Assembly: GCA_038061075.1 (NCBI GenBank) | Contig: JBBUAA010000083.1 | Coordinates: 1-35,235, forward strand | Length of the DNA: 35,235 nucleotides | Direction of reading: 5' to 3' | DNA from: Patescibacteria group bacterium | GTDB lineage: Bacteria; Patescibacteriota; Minisyncoccia; Phycocordibacterales; UBA2100 | Shown: positions 32,230 through 35,235 of the stretch, piece after piece | Position numbering within the stretch: position 1 is the stretch's first letter | Layout of the letters: each line of letters starts with the position of its first letter | The notes under the pieces: generated by a model | Seen by the model: the letters and a program-made list of their open reading frames with translations, nothing else | The model's database searches: none | What the model was told of the DNA's origin: nothing | Position numbers and translations under genes: made by a program

Positions 32230-32259
32230 AGTATACAACAGCCGCGTCGGTGTTATACT
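32230..32259. promoter_or_regulatory. Back-to-back leaderless promoters for pyrC (-) and pyrB (+)
   Basis: TATACT on the minus strand (32230-32235) lies 7 nt from the pyrC ATG. TATACT on the plus strand (32254-32259) lies 6 nt from the pyrB ATG. The intergenic region is only 43 nt. Confidence 0.55.
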
Positions 32260-32265
32260 TTCCCG

Positions 32266-33180
32266 ATGCAACATCTCATCGAGACCCAACAGTTCGACCG
32301 CGAAGCGCTTAACAAGCTTTTTGAACTTGCGACATCGTTGGAAGGAAAGCGTGATGAGTCGCTCAACGGCAAAATACTCGCCTCGCTTTTTTTCGCGCCC
32401 TCCACGCGTACGCGCCTCTCGTTCGAATCGGCAATGTACCGCCTCGGCGGGCATGTGATTTCGGCGGAGAACGCGAACGAAACCTCCTCGTCGACGAAAG
32501 GGGAAACAATCGAGGACACTATTCGTATTGTTGATAATTATGCCGACATCATCGTCTTACGTCATTCCGACGTCGGGACCGCTGCACGTGCGGCCGCTGT
32601 TTCTGAAGTACCGATAATCAATGCGGGAGACGGCATCGGACAGCATCCGACCCAGGCCTTTCTTGATCTGTATACGATACAGCGCGAGATTGGCCGGACA
32701 GACGATTTCCACATCGCGTTTGTCGGGAATCTCGCGTACTACCGCAGCGCACGGTCGCTTGCGTACCTGCTCGGCAAATATAAAAACGTCAAAATGACGT
32801 TTGTTGCCGCGCCCGAGTTGCGGATGAAGGACGATGTAAAAGACCACCTTACTGAAAACAGCGTACAGTTTGAGGAAACGGAAGATTTGGATGACGCGAT
32901 GCGGACAGCCGACGTGGTATACCAGACGCGCATGGCGGAAGAATGGATTCCGGACCACGACCAGTACGAGAAGTTACGGGGCAAATACATCATCACAAGA
33001 CCGATGGCGGACACCATGAAAGATGGCGCGATACTCATTCATCCGTTGCCGCGCGCGGGCGAGATTGCCGTCGACGTGGATGATTCGCCGCACGCAGTCT
33101 ATTTCAGGCAAGCGGGATACGGCGTTTTGGTGCGCATGGCGCTCCTGAAGACGCTTTTGGCTGGGGAATCGACGTCTTGA
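32266..33180 (+). CDS. pyrB: Aspartate carbamoyltransferase catalytic subunit
   Basis: FFAPSTRTRLSFE, HPTQAFLD, HPLPR motifs. Start at ATG 32266. The 31888 extension is antisense to pyrC. Confidence 0.93.
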   Translation: MQHLIETQQFDREALNKLFELATSLEGKRDESLNGKILASLFFAPSTRTRLSFESAMYRLGGHVISAENANETSSSTKGETIEDTIRIVDNYADIIVLRHSDVGTAARAAAVSEVPIINAGDGIGQHPTQAFLDLYTIQREIGRTDDFHIAFVGNLAYYRSARSLAYLLGKYKNVKMTFVAAPELRMKDDVKDHLTENSVQFEETEDLDDAMRTADVVYQTRMAEEWIPDHDQYEKLRGKYIITRPMADTMKDGAILIHPLPRAGEIAVDVDDSPHAVYFRQAGYGVLVRMALLKTLLAGESTS

Positions 33181-33275
33181 ACAGCACGTTATATACTGCG
33201 GGCGCCGCGTTTCAGTGGACGATTATGCGGCATGCGAATCAGCAGATTCGAAACTTGGTAATTTCGCAAAATCAC

Positions 33276-34442
33276 ATGAAGAAAACGGACGTCGCAAAGA
33301 AGGCTCTGGCGCTGCACAAAAAGCTAGGCGGCAAGATTCGCATCGTGCCCGCGGCACCCATTCGTAATCGCGCCGACCTCTCGCTTGTCTACACGCCGGG
33401 TGTGGCCGCCGTATCGAGCTATGTCGCAAAAAATCCCAAGGAAGCCCGAAACTATACGATGAAAGGGCGCACGGTCGCCGTCATCTCCGACGGCTCCGCC
33501 GTACTGGGCTTGGGCAACATCGGTGCGCTCGGTGCCCTGCCTGTCATGGAAGGAAAGTGCGCAATATTCAAAACATTCGCGGACGTGGATGCGGTGCCGC
33601 TCGTCTTGGACACTACTCCGCTAAAGCTTCGAAGTGCAAGCATGCAAGATGAAATTGATTTTATCGTCAAAACAGTCCTTGCCGTTGCGCCCGCATTCGG
33701 CGGTATCAATCTGGAAGACATCGCGGCACCGAAGTGTTTTGAGATCGAACGCCGCGTGAGCGAAGCCCTCGACATCCCCGTGATGCACGACGACCAGCAC
33801 GGGACCGCCATTGTCGTCTTGGCCGGCATGATAAACGCGCTGAAAGTCGTCGGTAAGAAACTGGACACCGCACGGTTCGTCATCCTTGGCGCGGGAGCGG
33901 CGGGCACGGCGACCGCAAAACTTCTCCACGTGGCCGGCGCACGCAGAATCGTCGTACTCGACAGTAAGGGAATAGTGGACAAGGACCGCCCCGAGGAACA
34001 CAAACGAAAACTCGCAGCCTTCAACACCGAAGGCGTGGCCGGCGGCCTCCGCGACGCTCTCGAGGGGGCAGACGTGCTTCTCGGAGTCTCGGGTCCCAAT
34101 CTCGTGAAGGCGGAGGACATCAGGCTCATGGCGAAGAAGGCGATAGTCTTTGCGATGGCGAACCCCGTCCCCGAAATAATGCCCGACGAGGCCAAGCGCG
34201 GGGGAGCGCTCATCGTCGGCACGGGACGGAGCGACTACCCGAATCAGATAAACAATTCGCTCGCGTTTCCCGGCGTTTTCCGCGGCGCGCTCGATCACCG
34301 CGTGTCGAAAATAACCGACAAGATGAAACTCAAGGCGGCGCGCGCTATCGCGGCACTCGTCAAAAAGCCGACCGCGAATTGCGTCATCCCCGACATGTTC
34401 GACAAGCGCGCGCCGATAGCGGTCGCCAAAGCGGTGCGGTGA
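33276..34442 (+). CDS. NAD(P)-dependent malic enzyme (short form)
   Basis: LSLVYTPGVA, ISDGSAVLGLGNIG, FGGINLEDI, ILGAGAAG motifs. Start at ATG 33276 (MKKTDVAKKAL). Confidence 0.88.
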   Translation: MKKTDVAKKALALHKKLGGKIRIVPAAPIRNRADLSLVYTPGVAAVSSYVAKNPKEARNYTMKGRTVAVISDGSAVLGLGNIGALGALPVMEGKCAIFKTFADVDAVPLVLDTTPLKLRSASMQDEIDFIVKTVLAVAPAFGGINLEDIAAPKCFEIERRVSEALDIPVMHDDQHGTAIVVLAGMINALKVVGKKLDTARFVILGAGAAGTATAKLLHVAGARRIVVLDSKGIVDKDRPEEHKRKLAAFNTEGVAGGLRDALEGADVLLGVSGPNLVKAEDIRLMAKKAIVFAMANPVPEIMPDEAKRGGALIVGTGRSDYPNQINNSLAFPGVFRGALDHRVSKITDKMKLKAARAIAALVKKPTANCVIPDMFDKRAPIAVAKAVR

Positions 34443-34482
34443 ATTATCGTTCAAGTTTTCGCATGGAAACGATACGCTGAAC

Positions 34483-34962
34483 GTGATGGATAAACTCAAA
34501 TACCTAGCCAACACGGCCATACTCCACCTCCAAAGAGGCGAGAGGCTTAACAAAATGGTGAGTTACACCATGGCATCAGACGACAGTGTCGTACTTCATG
34601 TAGCTGAACTCAAGAACTCCGACGGCCTCCAAAAGGCAATCCGATTTCTCGACGGCCTGAGGAAACTGAATAATAAGTTGCGGACAGAGGAGAAATTCAT
34701 CCGCACGAAGGAAGTCGCGATGTTTTCTTGGGCCGTGACACAGTTCGCGCCTTTCTTAAAAGATCTTGGCTTCGAGATCCATAGCGACAATAGTCACCCG
34801 CTTTGGAACGAGCTAGAGACGGACTACCGGGAAATGGCAAAACGCAATCGAGTACTCAAAAGGTACGTAGGCATTACACCTTCGCTTGCCGTCATGCAAA
34901 AGGAAGTTTTTTTGAACCATCCGCGTTTCCAACCCAGTACCCCAGAGAGACCAAACCTGTAA
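34483..34962 (+). CDS. Hypothetical protein, lower GC, unknown family
   Basis: 159-aa ORF. GATACG lies 6 nt upstream of GTG 34483 (ATG at 34486). No recognisable motif. Confidence 0.45.
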   Translation: MMDKLKYLANTAILHLQRGERLNKMVSYTMASDDSVVLHVAELKNSDGLQKAIRFLDGLRKLNNKLRTEEKFIRTKEVAMFSWAVTQFAPFLKDLGFEIHSDNSHPLWNELETDYREMAKRNRVLKRYVGITPSLAVMQKEVFLNHPRFQPSTPERPNL

Positions 34963-35103
34963 TCTTTACGAAGCGCCACCTCGTTAGTCGTGGGTATTCA
35001 GCTTAGTTGAGATTACCGCATTTTGTCACCTGTCCCGCTTTGAGAATATGCCCATGTGGGAGTACATTACTATGGCGCTCAAGTACATTCGAGAGCAGCA
35101 CAT

Positions 35104-35175
35104 CCGCCGATAGCTCAATGGTAGAGCAGTCGCCTTATACGCGATTGGTTGGGGGTTCGAGTCCCTCTCGGCGGA
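35104..35175 (+). tRNA. tRNA with anticodon UAU (reads AUA, isoleucine)
   Basis: Cloverleaf folded by hand. Acceptor CCGCCGA/TCGGCGG, D-arm GCTC-AATGGTA-GAGC. Anticodon arm GTCGC-CTTATAC-GCGAT with anticodon TAT at 35136-35138. 5-nt variable loop, T-arm GGGGG-TTCGAGT-CCCTC, discriminator A. CCA is not encoded. Confidence 0.8.
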
Positions 35176-35235
35176 CAGACATGAAGAAGGGTGGGGATTC
35201 GCGTGTTGCGTCATTTTTCACGCGTGCCACAATGC

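Noticed and set aside
31888-32265. N-terminal extension of pyrB, and the similar 10565-10651 extension of purD
   Set aside because: The extensions run antisense to or over neighbouring genes (pyrC and the LOG gene). The conserved enzyme N-termini begin at 32266 and 10652, and a -10 box sits 6 nt before 32266.
33600-33660. Possible palindromic insertion in the malic enzyme (extra TPLKLRSASMQ segment)
   Set aside because: Only short 6-8 nt palindromes (CTTCGAAG, GCATGC) are present, with no long arms and no similarity to the pyrC or intergenic palindromes. The length difference could be ordinary loop variation.
35026-35214. 62-aa minus-strand ORF
   Set aside because: It is antisense to a well-folding tRNA gene (35104-35175).

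Overview
High-GC bacterial window that looks like Patescibacteria/CPR. This is inferred from rpsE being followed directly by rplO with no rpmD (L30), a compact housekeeping gene set, and many small TA-like and secreted-hydrolase genes. The backbone runs as follows. Ribosomal-protein operon: rplX'-rplE, a 3.3 kb island, then rpsN-rpsH-rplF-rplR-rpsE-rplO-secY, two NMP kinases and map. Next come a LOG-family gene, purD, a 946-aa soluble TraD/VirD4-like ATPase, TA-like modules, ndk and a second SLOG/LOG-like gene. On the minus strand: infC-rpmI-rplT, two tandem secreted LAS/M15 peptidase paralogs and a secreted SNase nuclease. Then GNAT, thrC, a lower-GC accessory block, ssrA (tmRNA) and smpB, ftsH, divergent pyrC/pyrB, malic enzyme and a tRNA with anticodon UAU. 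The main leads read directly from the sequence are: (1) The last 12 codons of rplE are duplicated 1.7 kb downstream with only third-position changes. The two copies bracket a lower-GC cassette that interrupts the ribosomal operon. The cassette carries an MbcA/ParS-like antitoxin coupled to a small membrane protein, and a GAF-RHH fusion. (2) A codon-aligned 60-nt double-palindrome lies in frame inside pyrC and belongs to a small family of GGAGGT-TAA-ACCTCC palindromes. (3) A TAnnnT -10 box sits 6-8 nt upstream of the start codon of about 17 genes, implying mostly leaderless mRNAs. The rplE-bracketed cassette instead uses Shine-Dalgarno leaders. (4) The tandem M15 paralogs share a 102-nt nearly identical core. 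No CRISPR array, rRNA, integrase or transposase was seen. All homology calls come from motif recognition by eye, not from searches.
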